Below are positions 49,244 to 62,812 of a stretch of DNA of 64,000 nt, piece by piece. The DNA is taken from positions 1 through 64,000 of the forward strand of contig JAKMXF010000339.1 of assembly GCA_024704765.1 (NCBI GenBank), given 5' to 3'. Under the pieces are notes generated by a model that saw nothing but the letters and a program-made list of their open reading frames with translations, searched no databases and was not told where the DNA came from. The DNA comes from Oopsacas minuta (taxonomy: Eukaryota; Animalia; Porifera). The first letter of the stretch is position 1; each line of letters begins with the position of its first letter. The position numbers and the translations under genes were made by a program.

Positions 49244-49997
49244 TAGTGGTTCTCAAACCTTTTCTCATTGCGTACCCTCAAGCTGGATCTTGTGTGTGAT
49301 GTACCCTTGATAATGGCCTCCATTGTAAATATTAGGTTTACAATTCCTTTTACCCAGTTGTGAAAATAAAATTGTATTTAATCTAGCAATATAAATAAAG
49401 TACATACACCCACCCGTGTATTGTATTGTTGGAAGAGTATTTCTTTGAGACCTTGACTTTGTTACAAAATTAATATAGAATCTGCTAAGAAACGGAAATA
49501 TAATTAAGATTATATCAAATATGGATTTACATCCATACTTAAAGAAGAACGGGGACTACCACAATGTGTAATATCTTATAAGGTGCTATCTGAGGGCTCG
49601 ATGAAACCAAGTTTCTAAAACGCCCGTTGTCTGTTGAAGCTGATCTCCGTTTGGACTTTTCAAAAACGGTGTCACGAATTGATAGCCTGATACACAACAG
49701 GCAAGCACATTCCTCCCACTAATTAATGTGATATTCAATAAATATGAGTTAACACATATGTACGATAATGGAATCCTTAATTAGCATAACCTCAAAGAAT
49801 ATATATTCAAAGGTGATAACTTATAATTGGTGATGAAACCATTGCAACTGATAGATTTTAATTATTTGGCATGAAATTACTTCCTATGCGCTGAGTCTAT
49901 TGAGATGATGGAGTGTAACTCGAAATGTTTGTATATGATTATTACAGAATTGATATGGTTAGATGAAACACCCGGCGTACCTCTAGGAAAAGTGCTG
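49244..49997 (+). mobile_element. Non-autonomous Buster-type hAT deletion derivative
   Basis: TAGTGGTTCTCAAACC start. The N-terminal remnant (YKVLSEGSMKPSFLK-like) is joined almost directly to the C-terminal remnant (EADLR...SKT...QAHSSH*). Similar to 62813-64000. Right end approximate. Confidence 0.7.
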
Positions 49998-51728
49998 GCT
50001 GCTTTAGGGAATAAAGAGTATGTACATTAGAAATTCGTGAGTACGAACAAGGTTAATACGAAATTTCGTATAAGAACAAGAAAGTAATATATAGAAATCA
50101 GGTCCCTACAACAAGTTGTCAATTATATCGCTTCGGACACGGACTACTAAATTACCCGACGTGACAAAGCCAAAGCACAGTCAAAAATGCATAGGCTGAA
50201 CATTGTATGACTGAAAATATGATTAATTCTGTATTTTTAGCCACGTAATTGGTATCTAACACAATCTTTGGGCGCTGAATTAAAAAATTACAATTTCAAG
50301 GTTCAAAAACTCACTGCCCGCCCTAATTTTGGAAAAAAGGCGTAGTCACACCCAAATATGGCCAATACCATATTTTTTCTATTATACATCATAATACGAA
50401 ATTCGCAATATCCTCTCAACTAGGAAAAATATTGATGAACATATGATAAATAAATTGTTCAACTAAATATATTTTACTATAATATGCACATTTCAGCCCA
50501 ATTTGGTGATGATGAATTAACAAAAACAATAAAATCTAAGTTTTGATTGTAGGAGCTTGGAATTTAATAGCATGAGAGGCACGGGTTTCTAAAGTTACCG
50601 GACGTGACAATGCCATATCATAGTGAGAAATACATATGCTGAATCATAGCATTCTCTATATAAGGCCTATCATCAGCCTCGAAATTTGGACTAGGGATAT
50701 AGTAGTGTACGGTAAATATTATAATAGTATACAGAATGGTATCATATCGCACAATCAGAACTTTTATACCCAAGCAAATGTATTACATATATGTAGACTA
50801 TCATGTCTCCAAACCAACAAAACAAAAGAATCAAAATGGGCAAATTTCGTTGCTTACTAAGGATTATTTGAACATTATGGCCCAATCTTTGATGAGCTGT
50901 AGAACGTCAAATATCGCATCTTTGATTTCAAAGTTAATACGAAATGATGGAAAGATGCTTTTGAAAAATATATTAAAAATTTGAAGACGATGTTGGCAGG
51001 TTTTTGAAATACATTAGTCACCATGAATGGTGATAATTTGTCAATATGCATTTATAAGTCGAAAACCCTCAATGATATACAACTCACTATTGTCGTTTTT
51101 TAGTATATACCCGATTTCCCATACCCTTTTGTACATGTTGATATGATATCTACAAGGGTTATTGCGTAGTAATCAATAAAGCCATATATGGTAATATTCA
51201 AGATTGAGGATTAACGTAGGATTAATATACACAAGCGCAATTCATTAGTAGCACTACGAAATTGTGAACGCTTCATGTCCCACTCGGGCCTACAACCTTC
51301 ATATTTATTCATTGTAAAAGCTAAAAACTGTTTTTGAAACACATATGCCCTTTTGGAATTTGTCAACAAATTCGTGAACAATCACAAACTTTGATCATAT
51401 GGTGCTCAAAAATATCATTTTCGGGAAGAGCATACTTGATTTCCCACTATAAATAACATGTCTGTTGTAGGGTTGTGTATGATCCAATCTTGAAGATTGC
51501 AAAAAAGAAAGTATATGACTGGTATCAGAGCGTGACAGACACACTCTTTATAACACGCACACTGAATTATAGTAATATATAGTTCAATTAATATAGATAT
51601 GATATGATTTCCTTCTAATAACTATAATAAGTAATATAAGTATGAATAGTCGATGAAAATAGAAAGATAAAAATTAGTATATATTGGATTCCTAAATGTG
51701 GTATCTAACTGAAGTTTCCTAATTATCA

Positions 51729-52149
51729 CTACCAAATTTCTTGTCTCACAACTGATAAGGTTGGCCCATAATGTGAGAGCTCATTTCTAAGATAAAGTAC
51801 TTGAATACTTGCGACATTTCTTCCTACATTGGGGTTGAATCCCTTGAAAGAGAATTTATCCCAACTATCATTAATGTAAACATATATATATGTCTTTAGA
51901 CAGACATATTGCCATACTAAACATTTCAACATCACTATCCCAAACTGTAGACATGACTGTCGTATCATGAATTAGGTACTCTCCTATTGATTCATTCGTC
52001 TTGTCCTGAATATATTGTTTAGTGGGGGAAGATAATTTCATAAAATCCACTAATTTTGGTCCGAATTAACCATGAAAATCTTCTTAACAAGTGAGCAACC
52101 AACTGGTGGACCTATATCGACAATAGCCATTGGGAATAATTGAAACTGT
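51729..52149 (-). pseudogene. OTU-like cysteine protease pseudogene
   Basis: IIPNGYCRYRSTSWLLTC*EDFH (Cys at 52120-22), GEYL...MSTVWDSDVEMFSMAICLSKDIY, a frameshift in a (TA)n run (~51882-51892), then VLYLRNELSHYGPTL (HY at 51768-73). Confidence 0.65.
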
Positions 52150-53163
52150 CATTTTCGGAATACAATTTCTTAGCTTGATTTATGTCATTTTTATGAATTC
52201 TTTTGGACCATCAAATAAAATTTTTAGATTTAAAATTAATTGATAAATTATTGAGCGACACTTAAATGTAATACTTCTGAATAGATATTCTTCTGGAAGA
52301 TCGATTGGAGAATTTTTCACTTATAAACGCTCTTAGAATCTAGTTAGGTAGAGGGATCGCCTTAAAATTTGTAGGACTCTTAGATTACTACGGAAGACAT
52401 CGAATCTAGAAAAATTGTTTTGACTTAAGGGGATGCGGAGAAGTCCTGTTGTACAATTAGGGTGAAAGATCCAAGTGTTTTGTGACTAGATTAATCAATC
52501 ACTTTCCTAAGCAAGACGTTAGCCCAATCTTCAACTACAGCGGAATTATTTTTCGAAATTCAATTTAGGACTCTTTACAAAGGATACTTTTCAATGTTCT
52601 AGTATATCTTCAACTTGGCCTTGTGAAGTAGGGAATATAAGAAGACCCATTTATCAGTTTGATTCCAAGCTTAGGCATTAAGTTTCTGATAATGGACGAA
52701 ACGAATTCTCCTTAGATGTCGCTCTGTAAAATTTCCGGAACCCCATCTTTAGGGAAAGGAGGCAAATTTGATCTGTTACTTTAGATTTAGTGGGAAACTC
52801 CAAACATTGCTGAAACAATCCAAGACAGGCAAGTCCCACCGATATCGTCTTTTTGATAGACTTTCATTATCTCCACTCAATGCAACCTGTGTTAGATCAA
52901 AGAGAATTGAAGAATAAATATTGCATAGCATATCTGTGTAGATTTTCTTAATGCTATCAAGATCTAACCCCATGTATAGAACTGCGATTATATTTTCTGC
53001 ACAACGTCGTGAATTTCTGCTGATTTAAATGTTCTGAAACCATACAATGACCTTCTGTATCAATCCGGATGATAACACGATCTTTTCCTCTTCCATAAGT
53101 AACTTTCCATTACATGTTTCCCTAAAGAAAATACCATTATACAACCTTCTGTATGATCAAATA

Positions 53164-53270
53164 CACTAGAAGCCGATTATCTGGAGACGGATAGTCGTGA
53201 TTAACTCAACTTTGATTATCCGAAAACCCCGAAATCTGATAAAACAGTTCGGATAATCGAGTTTACAATA
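53164..53270. mobile_element. Short pogo/Tigger-like MITE remnant
   Basis: Imperfect inverted ends sharing CGATTATC(C/T)G resemble pogo CAGT.GAAC.TCG.TTATCCGAA termini. Degenerate. Confidence 0.35.
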
Positions 53271-56200
53271 TAATATACTACATGCCGCAAATTCATGATT
53301 AAGTGGCCTCTATTGTACAATAAAATCTTCTCAAGTGTGAAATTGTAGTTTTTAATTATTAGCTATTGCTATCAAAATTCGCGTTTTAACAAGTTACCGG
53401 ATAACAACATATTTATAAACATGCGTAATTATGATTAATAGTTAAGGTTACCAGAAGACAATAGTGAGGAACGCTTATAAAGTATTTTGAAAAAGGCAGC
53501 AAATGTGTCTATTTTCCATTTGAAACTTTTCTTTACAGTAAAATAAAAATGGTTCGTACTTAGATGAACTTCATTGTATCTGTTAAATTATGACCCACTA
53601 CGGATACAGTGTAAGATTAAAAGTACTTACCTTAAGTGAATATTTTGTAAGCCTCTTCTGAATACGAGTCCGAATTAATTACGATCGCCATTAATTTGAG
53701 CTTTGATAAGTACCACAGCTTCCCTAATAATTTGAGGGATTGGCTAATTCAAGTTTCGATAATTTCTTTAGTGTAAATATACAGTTTGAAGAGTATAATT
53801 ATGGTTATGTATTTATTGACTATATTTCTGAACCTGGTCTACCTCCACCTCTTAAATTATTTGAGGTAAATACAGCTCTAGCAATATTTGAAACAGAAGG
53901 AACAAGAAAAGCTAATATTGGAATGAGCCTAGCTTCTTTGATATCATCAGAATGAATATCATTCTCTTCTGAATGAGAATTGGATTCAATGTTATCCATC
54001 ATAGCAATAAAGCTAGTTATGTTGTTGTTTAGGTTCAACCCTGTTCATATCCATAAATAGACGCATACCTAACAAAGATTTCCGAATACATAGTAAATCG
54101 TATGAATTACAAACATAATGCTAAGCAATGTAGCATGTATAAAATCACACAAACTACTAAAAAGCAGTGTTAATTCCTCAATTACAATTCAAGTATTTAT
54201 GTAAACTGGAAACATCAAAACGATACAAGAGAATTACAATTGTCTCGTCAATATACACACAGTTAAGGATAACTCCAAATAAGGAGTAATCCTTGTGCAC
54301 TATATCGGAATCTGGATAATTTATCAGAGTGCTACTCAAAGTCTTCAGTCAAATGTAATCGAAAAATTGTCGAATATTAATCGAAAACGAGGAAATTGAT
54401 GGAAAAATAGAACTATGATTGAAACACGAGAACTCAACCTGAAAAGTGAGAACTATGGTAGAAAATATGTAAGATAAACAAAAAAATGAAACGATCCGCC
54501 ATTTAGAAAACATTTGTAATAATCAATCAAACAAAACTCTATCCAATCATAAAATTAGCATAAATTCCACACTCCCGTCCCTTAGTAGCTGGACAACGAA
54601 CACAAATAAAAACTCCCAGAGCCATAAGGTAGCGAACTAAATCCCTAATCCCCTCCCAATGGTACCCGTTTCTAATTAATAAAAAAAAGTACAATTACGT
54701 CTTAGATTCACATGACAATTTTTCGATTAAAGATCTCGTTTTTCGACCACAATTAGACAATTTTTCTTTCAAAGTTCGACTGAAGACATTTCAGTAGAAC
54801 TTTGATCAAAATTTTCCGTTTCCATCATTCGATCAAACTTCGACAAATAATTCGATAAAATTATTCAGATGCCTTTATCAGTCCCCTTCGGTGCCTTTCC
54901 AATGTAAATTAGTTCGGATAAGGAATACGAATTTTGTCAGTCCTGGTGTACGTATTAATGAGAACCTACTGTACTAAACCTACAAAAAATTTTCTCAAGA
55001 AGTTTGACAATGAAGAAAATGGAAGATTCACAAGTTCAAACAAATCTGTTTGATAAACTACTATAAACAGAAGAGAGGAAGTAAGCCATAAATTTTTGGA
55101 GATGAGTTTGGGCGAATATACGCCCAAATCTTTTGATATCATCAGAATGAGGTTATCGGATTATCGATGATATATCTTTGCGCCACCAAATATCGAGTAT
55201 ATTTTCCTTTAGATAAAGGGGTGGCCCCTAAAATTTGGGGTTACTCCCCCATATATATCTAAGTAAATGTACAAATTTGGGAGGTCCCCCCCTCAAATGG
55301 AATCAGAATCATGTTAATGAGGGTTTCCACAAATTTGGGGAGATCCCCAAATATTAATATAACTTGTTCTATTTCGGGGGAACATTCATGGATATTAATG
55401 AAGAATGGGACACATCTTTTGGGGAGAAATTCGTAAAGGTATGGTAGCAACCACAAAGTCTGCCAATTTCTATAAAACCATATTTCCTGCATCACACAAT
55501 GAACCTACCGACTACGCTATTGAAACAAAATGGCCAATAGCAACTAAATGGGATAAATAAGCTCAGGACTATAGTAAAATAGCTAAGAAAACACATAAAC
55601 AAAGTTTGGAGGCAGAATCAATGATTTCGAGGGAAATTCCAATAAAAAGGAAGGCAAAAAACATCAGGCAACAAGCTTACTGATAAATAAATAAACGTAT
55701 AAATTCCCATGCCGTTGGAAGGCTAGGATGGTTAGATAACGTAGCTCCCGGAGGAATGCAATGCCTGAACCGAGCCAGGGAGCGCTACTTAACAAATAAT
55801 ACCCAAATGCTTCTGAAGGGACCCACAGATGAACTAGGCGCGATGGCAGCCACAGATACACCTATGAGACCCCTAACCGAGAGATGAACTATTAGACATT
55901 ACAGGTGGAAAAATCAACCCACACTTGTAACAGAAAGAGGCTGCCACTGAAGGGGTTTCAGGAGGCACACATGAGCAGTGGAATAAGCCCGCCTGAGCAG
56001 ACGAGGTCGGTGCTTAGCGAGCCAGCGGGACACACGCGACCCTATGACACCATCCCAAATGTCCACCACCCAAGACACCAACTGATATATGTCTTAGCTA
56101 AGTATGAAACCATACACAAGTGTAGAAAAACCCCAGCAGCTAATACTATCTAGTAAGAACCAAACAAACCTAGTGACTCAATTGAACTGGGTGAAACCAA

Positions 56201-57454
56201 ACAAGGTAACACACAAATAAGCAGGACTACGCTCAAGCTTAGTCTTGCTTGTTTGTGAATAGAACCTAATAATGTCGTAGCGCCAGTTTGCTTGGAGCAG
56301 AATATGCCCAAAGGTGCTTCACACTGTACCATGGATGCATTGATGAAGATGCACCAAGTACCCAGAGTAACGCCCTTTCTCGACTGGAGAGATGAGAAGA
56401 TCTTCCCCTAAAGGATGCCAGTAGTAGCGGAGGATTAACGGTACTCCTATACCAAAGGTTTATTGTACGTTTAGATAGACCTTGGGCTTGTGAAGCTTCA
56501 AATAAATTATCATTGCTCTGCTCCAATGATAACCCTTTGTAAAAGTCATAAAACTTCATGTCTCGAAAATCACTTTTTTGTCAAATCCCATTAAAAAATA
56601 ATACAACTGTAAATAGGTTCATGGATAAAATAACATTACTCAATAAGTAAGTATAGTACAAAACGAAATTCATAGCATAGTCATAAACCACATATAAGAA
56701 TATATTATTGAATTTAAATGAGTCAGGACTACTAAGAAGAGTGTACGACAAACCATTGGACTGTTAATTTTACCGTACAATGAAGTAGAAGGTCGGCATA
56801 TTTTATAACTCAGTAGTGGAATACACTCCTCAAATTAATATACCAATCAAACAAAATACATTGTATTAGAAATTACTTAATAGTTTCATGAATAACAATG
56901 GACACAAGATTGATTGCCGAATTAGATAGACGACCGTATTTACTATTAAGAAATCTATGGTAGGATCTAATAATTACAATCTATAATAGAACAGAATTTC
57001 CAAAAAGCATGGTTTGTTGGCTAGCAGGCATTTAGAAAATTTGCTCAATCTTTGTGATGAAATGAAGAAGGTATAAGAAGTATCGCATAATGGATTTCAG
57101 AGTAATTGAAGAAATGATTAAGAGATGATTTAATACAAAATATTAAAGTTGGTAATTATAAATTAGGCACTTTCACGAGTTACAACAATAAAGATTGTTG
57201 ATATTTATGTAATTGATAGAACATAAATGTGAATATTAACATAAATGTCAACAACCTTCAGTGATAAACCAAATTATCATAGAAGATTGACAATGGATAC
57301 CATAATTCAAGTACAATAGAATTTATTCGAATATTAGCGAAAAAACAAACAGTTTTGGAATCGATTTCAAGATTTCGGGGCGAGCAGGGTTCGAGTTTAA
57401 TTGAAGGCCGGGGAAATCTGCAGGTTCTTACGAGCATATTCTTAACACTCCTTT

Positions 57455-57602
57455 CTGGGCTGTATCAACTCATTTTGAGTTGGCAAAATCAACTCATTAT
57501 ATTGAATGAGTTGGTTACATCCAAATGAATGAGTTGAATGAGTTGGTGCAATAAAAATGAATGAGTTGATTTTGCCAACTCAAATGAGTTGATACAGCCC
57601 TG
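57455..57602. mobile_element. 148-bp hAT-type MITE
   Basis: Perfect 8-bp TSD ACTCCTTT (57447-54, 57603-10). TIRs of ~44 bp C(T/A)GGGCTGTATCAACTCATTT... The interior is built from AATGAGTTG/CAACTCATT repeats. Confidence 0.92.
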
Positions 57603-58094
57603 ACTCCTTTACTTTGCTATCTGCTATCATTACAGCTAAATGAGGACTAAAATATTACGATTCAAGGTAAAGTTTAAATTTTAGTACGCAAATAATATGT
57701 TTATATTGATTCATATGCCTAATGGAACACCGCACCCTCGGTAAATCCTTGTTCCAGCGGTTTCAATTCCAATGTTTTCCTAAATTTAGGCTCGGTTAAG
57801 TTACGTTTCAGTTTAGGGTCTGGTTCTATTTGAGATTCAAATTGAGATTCGGATTTGGGTTGGGTCTTTACTGAAAAGTGAACTCGATTGCAACACCCAT
57901 TCCTTGCTATTCCTTCAGATTAACTAATACTAAGAAATACATCCAGTCATATGAATATCTCGAATTCTTTTGACTGAGCTGAGCGCTCATTCTCCGCAAT
58001 GAACCATACACAAACGTATTTAGGCAGTACATTGATCTGTGGGGCATTATCACTGATATTTTTGATATAATTATGAATAAAAAATTGAAATGGC

Positions 58095-58157
58095 AAAGGG
58101 TGCCCGAATTAGAGAGGTGCCGGATATTGAATGTTCGGATCACGGAGGTTCGACTGT
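58095..58157 (-). mobile_element. Solo pogo/Tigger-like terminus
   Basis: The reverse complement reads TA-CAGTCGAACCTCCGTGATCCGAAC, a typical pogo TIR. Partner end not found. Confidence 0.5.
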
Positions 58158-58714
58158 ATATAATTTGCACTGTATCTGTTGTATTAACCTGTAATAACTT
58201 TTCTTTTCGGTTCATGTATTTGTACATGAATGAATTATAAGTTAATTGGAATGAGGGGCTTGGAACAGGGGTGTAGTCCCGGAAGAAAGTAGGAGATGCT
58301 CATGTAGCGAACTACCCACTGAAAATCAAAAAATGATAAGCTGACAAACTGGTAGTGCATCACAGGGGTAATTGTTTGTGTTCTTCTCAGGGCGACATTT
58401 CCACCCTGACGCTCCTTGTCTAACTATTGAAACGAAATCTCTCCCATCAATTAGAAGAATTTGCTAAAATGTAGTATTGTCTCATTAATACCATGAATAA
58501 TAATCCATTGAGTGTGAGATTTGAAAATGCAAAACTCGATTACATCTGACGAACAGTTAAAACGAACTTTCTAGCATCATTTTGAAATATATGCAGCAAA
58601 TATGATTAAACAATAATCATGTCGAGATAAATTTGATAGAGATCCCTACGATATAGCTGAGCCATAGTAAAGTACAGTTTTGTGGTATATATACAAAAAC
58701 CTACCATCACTTTG

Positions 58715-60357
58715 AGGATTGGCGGACACTTCGTATACTGACATTTCGTATGATGGACTTATAGTCTAATGGATATTTCATATAATGGACATATCGTATA
58801 GTGAACAATTGATCAAAATATTGTATAATACATGCTATCCACTAACACTTGTGCGTTATCATTATAGCGCATATGTTTGTTTAGGTTGACGACGATAATT
58901 CCATTCTTGATTCTTAATGTTATTTGACACTTGTGAATACTACTTGTAGAGTCAATTAACTATAAATATCTTCCTCCTGGGCAAGGGAATAATCAAATTT
59001 TCAAATTGTAACTTCAATTGATAGTGGAACTACAACTAAACTTATCAAGTCAACCAAAGGAAAGAATAAGGCTCATATAAAAGGATTTTTGTATACTCTC
59101 AATGGTGCATGTTTAGCAGGTAACCAGTATTGGTGCACGAGCAGCGTGGAACATGTAAGGCTCGATTGACTACACCTCCAGATGGAGCAATATTAATACC
59201 ATCGTTATTTACTGATATACTTAATAGTCACGCCCATAGACCTAATCCAGCTCGCTCCGAAATCTTGCGGGTTTATCAATTGATGAAAAACCGTGCATTA
59301 GCAGGGGAGAAAACTCGTATTATTTTAACACAAGGCCTTGTTGGATAAAACCAGTCAAGTATAGTTGCATTGCCTATACTAAGTTCAGTAAAACGTACAA
59401 TACGCACCATAAGAGTTTAGTACGCACTGTTGACTAACAAGAGTGAGTCAACATATACGACACTTTTCACTAAGTTACTTGATATACGTCCTGAGTTAAT
59501 CCATTCTTTATCATGGCTGATTTTGAGAAAGTGGCTATCAATGCATTAGAATCTAAATTCTTGAGTGTTGTACCAGAATGTTTTTCACTTGTAGCAAAAC
59601 ATCTATCGGAAGATACAGTCAGTAGGCTTTGCAAATCTGTACATTGAAAATGCTGATTTTCTCTCCATATGAAATGTTACCGAGCTTGGCCTTTGTTCCC
59701 GAATCCCAAGTTATTCTTTATTTTGACTTATCAATACAATAATTTCCGACGTCAGCAATCGAGATTGTGGAATACTTCGAGGCTACATACATTGGAAGAT
59801 TGTTTTCTAATCATGAAAGAAGAACACCACCATTTCCCATTCGGCTATGGAATTTATATATACGGGTGAACTTAGAAGTCTCTCGGACGAACAACTCTGT
59901 GGAAGGATGACACAATGGATTTCAATCGGGCATTAGTTGTCACATCCCAGTTTCACAAAATTAAGTCGTTATTTACAGCTGGAACAATCTCTACAAGAAG
60001 CGGTGTTAACAAAGTGGGAATCTGGGGAGGCCATCATTCAATCTAAACAAAGTATTGCCAGAAAGAAGCGTCTCATAACAATCGTTTCAGATTTTGGAAA
60101 TAGAGAACCAATAAGTTATCTAAGAGGGATCGCACATAATTTTAAATTCTAAACTATTTCATTATATTCATTCTCAAATACACATTCTATTATCCTACTT
60201 TCAATTATTAAACTACGATAATAGATCAATTTTTTAGTAAGCATGTAATATACAATATTTAGACTAATTGTCCACTATATGATATGTCCATTATGTGAAA
60301 TGCCCAATAGACAAAAGTTCATTATATGAAATGTTCATAGACAAAGTGTCCAATTAT
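58715..60357 (+). mobile_element. MULE (Mutator-like) element with FLYWCH domain, internally deleted
   Basis: ~90-bp imperfect TIRs with internal repeats (GGACAC... / ...GTGTCC). STKGK...GFLYTLN...YW...CKARLTT...HAH (FLYWCH), RTNNSVEG*HNGF (59885-59922) and SYLRGIAHNF* (60152). TSD not clear. Confidence 0.85.
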
Positions 60358-61371
60358 CCACTTCCACTTTCAGATACAAGTGTTAGCAGAAGGTGCGAAA
60401 AAGTTATTCTGTGAATTCGTAACTTTAAGACTCTCAAAATCTCAAATTCAGACTCTAGTCGCCCAATTACCACTAACAACATGTTATTACCTACTGTCTA
60501 GCATGCTTTGGAATTTAAATAGAAAGATGTGAAAATATAGTTAATCACCAAAAAAGGTGTAAACATTTCATTTTAGAAAAACTAATGCCAAAGTTGCAGA
60601 CTCCGACTCATAATGTATATGTGTACCAATTTTCATGCTAATCTGAGTGATAGATATCGCACGGTCACGAGGATGTACGGACGTCGCACATCATCCATAC
60701 AGTTAGGGCATCTCCCTATAGGAGCACTAAAATAAAATTGATATATCATACAGGACATCCCACCAGGGTAGGCCGTCTGGATGAAATTTTGATTCCCATT
60801 CCTATTTCTATCCAACAGTATTCTCTGTGGCGATTTCCATGTGAGAAATCTCATAGGTAATCGCTTGGAAATTCTTTTCCCCACAAATTTCCCATTGGAT
60901 ATATTCATTCTTTAAAGAAACTACAAAAATTAGTCCCCCCCTCCACTACACTCCCGGCTTGGACCCCGAGAAAGAGTTTAGTAGCCCCTCGTTGGTAAAT
61001 CCTGGCACAGCAGTTTCCAGTTTCTCAGGAAATACTTAAATTTTCTTTCCAGTACCGGGAAATGATGGCATTTCTCAATGCTATCTATCAATCAGTAATA
61101 ACTATAGTGCTTTTGCTTGATTAAGTTTTTTTACAAGTAAATTAGAATTTGAGAACCAAAAGGATTATAAAAGTAAACTTATATCTATAAAATTCCGTTA
61201 TACTATTATAAAAGAAATCGAAAATTTATATTGGTCGTTGCTAGTGGGGTCTCCAATTACAATGTCCCATCTTAACTACTTCCCGGTTTTCAAGAAAATA
61301 CAGCAACGCTAAAGTGAGGCCTAATAAAGTTTGGGAAATGCTCTCGCAAGTATGGAGAATAGTAGACTTAC

Positions 61372-61807
61372 TTGAATATGATGTATCTTTTTGAGAGACT
61401 CTTTCACAAATTGAGTTGGCACTTCAAGATTGTATTCCTCACTCTCCGAATCAGTAACCTCATCAAAGCTATCAGTGAAATATGTTTCACTAGGTGATCC
61501 GGAAAGTAGTTGCTGACATTGATCTAGAAGTAACTCTGGAATAAGAGTTCCACTACCTCTAGAATTAGATGAAGAGACCCGAATTCTTCCTGAAAATTTC
61601 AAAGGAAAATTTAGTGGAGAGAATTGGTGCAGGGCATTTGGCTGTGTAGGGGAAACAAGTATATATGACCATATCTGTGGTACAACTAGGTGAGTAGACT
61701 GATATGAAGGTAGGGGAAAATTTGTTCTGATAGGATTGGTAGAAGATAAAAGATGATCAACTTTTGGAGAGGGCACAGCATCCTTTAGATTCCCAGATTT
61801 CTTCGAA
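61372..61807 (-). CDS. Internal coding exon (436 nt) of a minus-strand host gene, possibly the same gene as 45121-47043
   Basis: Strong acceptor tttcttactctaccttcttttag| before 61807 and canonical donor CAA|GTAAGT after 61372. Open frame SKKSGNLKDAV...KKIHHIQ; starts after a phase-2 intron and ends in phase 0. Confidence 0.7.
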
Positions 61808-62812
61808 CTAAAAGAAGGTAGAGTAAGAAATTTACAATTGCAATTTGTGTCATAGTTTAGTATATTGACCCGATTTGTGTAAGGAAGCACAATTAATTGG
61901 AGGCACTATGTTTATTGGGCTAATTTCTACATTTAATGTACCCTCATTTAACAGTGTCATTGGAAAAATACGGTATACAAATATACAAAACAGTAGTTGG
62001 CACAGAGTACAATTCTCGAATCTTTGCTCCCTATGCTCGTAATACATTAGATTAATACATATAAACATTTGGATTTTGTCTAATCCTACGATTTGCCAAT
62101 TTGAAAATAGATATACTATCACAATCAACCATGAGTATGGTGATGTCACTATTAGTATAGAAAATGTATACCACTCAACATCTATTACACCTCATCAATT
62201 GTAAGTATTATTCTATCTTATATAAAAATAGAGTTTTCAGCATTTTAGAATTCAGGGACGTCACGTCGGATTAGCAAAAATAGAGAACATTTTGTGAATG
62301 TGTGCTAACCACTATAAATTTATCTAAACCTCAAAATTTGTAAATGATTCTTTGCTACCAACACCTCCACTATAGTAACGTCAAAGTTAAGGTGGAGACA
62401 GCTTAGTCTATCATTTCAATTTGTTTAAGGTGGTACTATTATTGGAGCCACTATGTGTCGGAATAAACTTTGAAAGAAAAAATAATGCTACTTAAACAAC
62501 TTTAATTAGTCTACTAAGCTGTCGGTACAGATTACAATTTCCATTTTAAGCTCGCTACGCTTGGAATTGCTATAAAATACATTTTAATTTTGACACATCA
62601 GATAGTTAAGATAATCCAGTTCTAATCTTGGTTTGAAAATAATACCAAAGTTTCCAAATAAGGATTAAGAAATTGAATTGTATGCAAAATGCTTACATGA
62701 GGATTAGGTTTTGTGGCCATTTGACTAGAAATCGAAATAATGAGTTATGACAGTCAGTTGAAAACTTGATTCGGAATAATGACAGCCAATTGAAAACCTC
62801 GTCGACCTAGGA

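Noticed and set aside
50856-50950. Minus-strand phrase DVLQLIKDWAIMF resembling a VHS-domain helix, near a GTAAGC donor
   Set aside because: An in-frame TAA precedes the donor, no good acceptor was found, and the match is too short to support.
53631-54038. Possible host exon ending at AAG|GTAAGTA (53631)
   Set aside because: All three frames hit a stop within ~60 nt of the donor, and the upstream ORF (53820-54038) ends in TAG. Only a weakly supported 27-nt exon would fit.
12517-59910. Stops at conserved Trp positions (TGA at 12517, 15950, 38411, 59908; TAG at 34499, 34613) suggesting a variant genetic code or readthrough
   Set aside because: Both TGA and TAG occur, each a single transition from TGG. 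Most of these elements also carry frameshifts, and the intact host exon has no internal stops. Ordinary neutral decay explains it.
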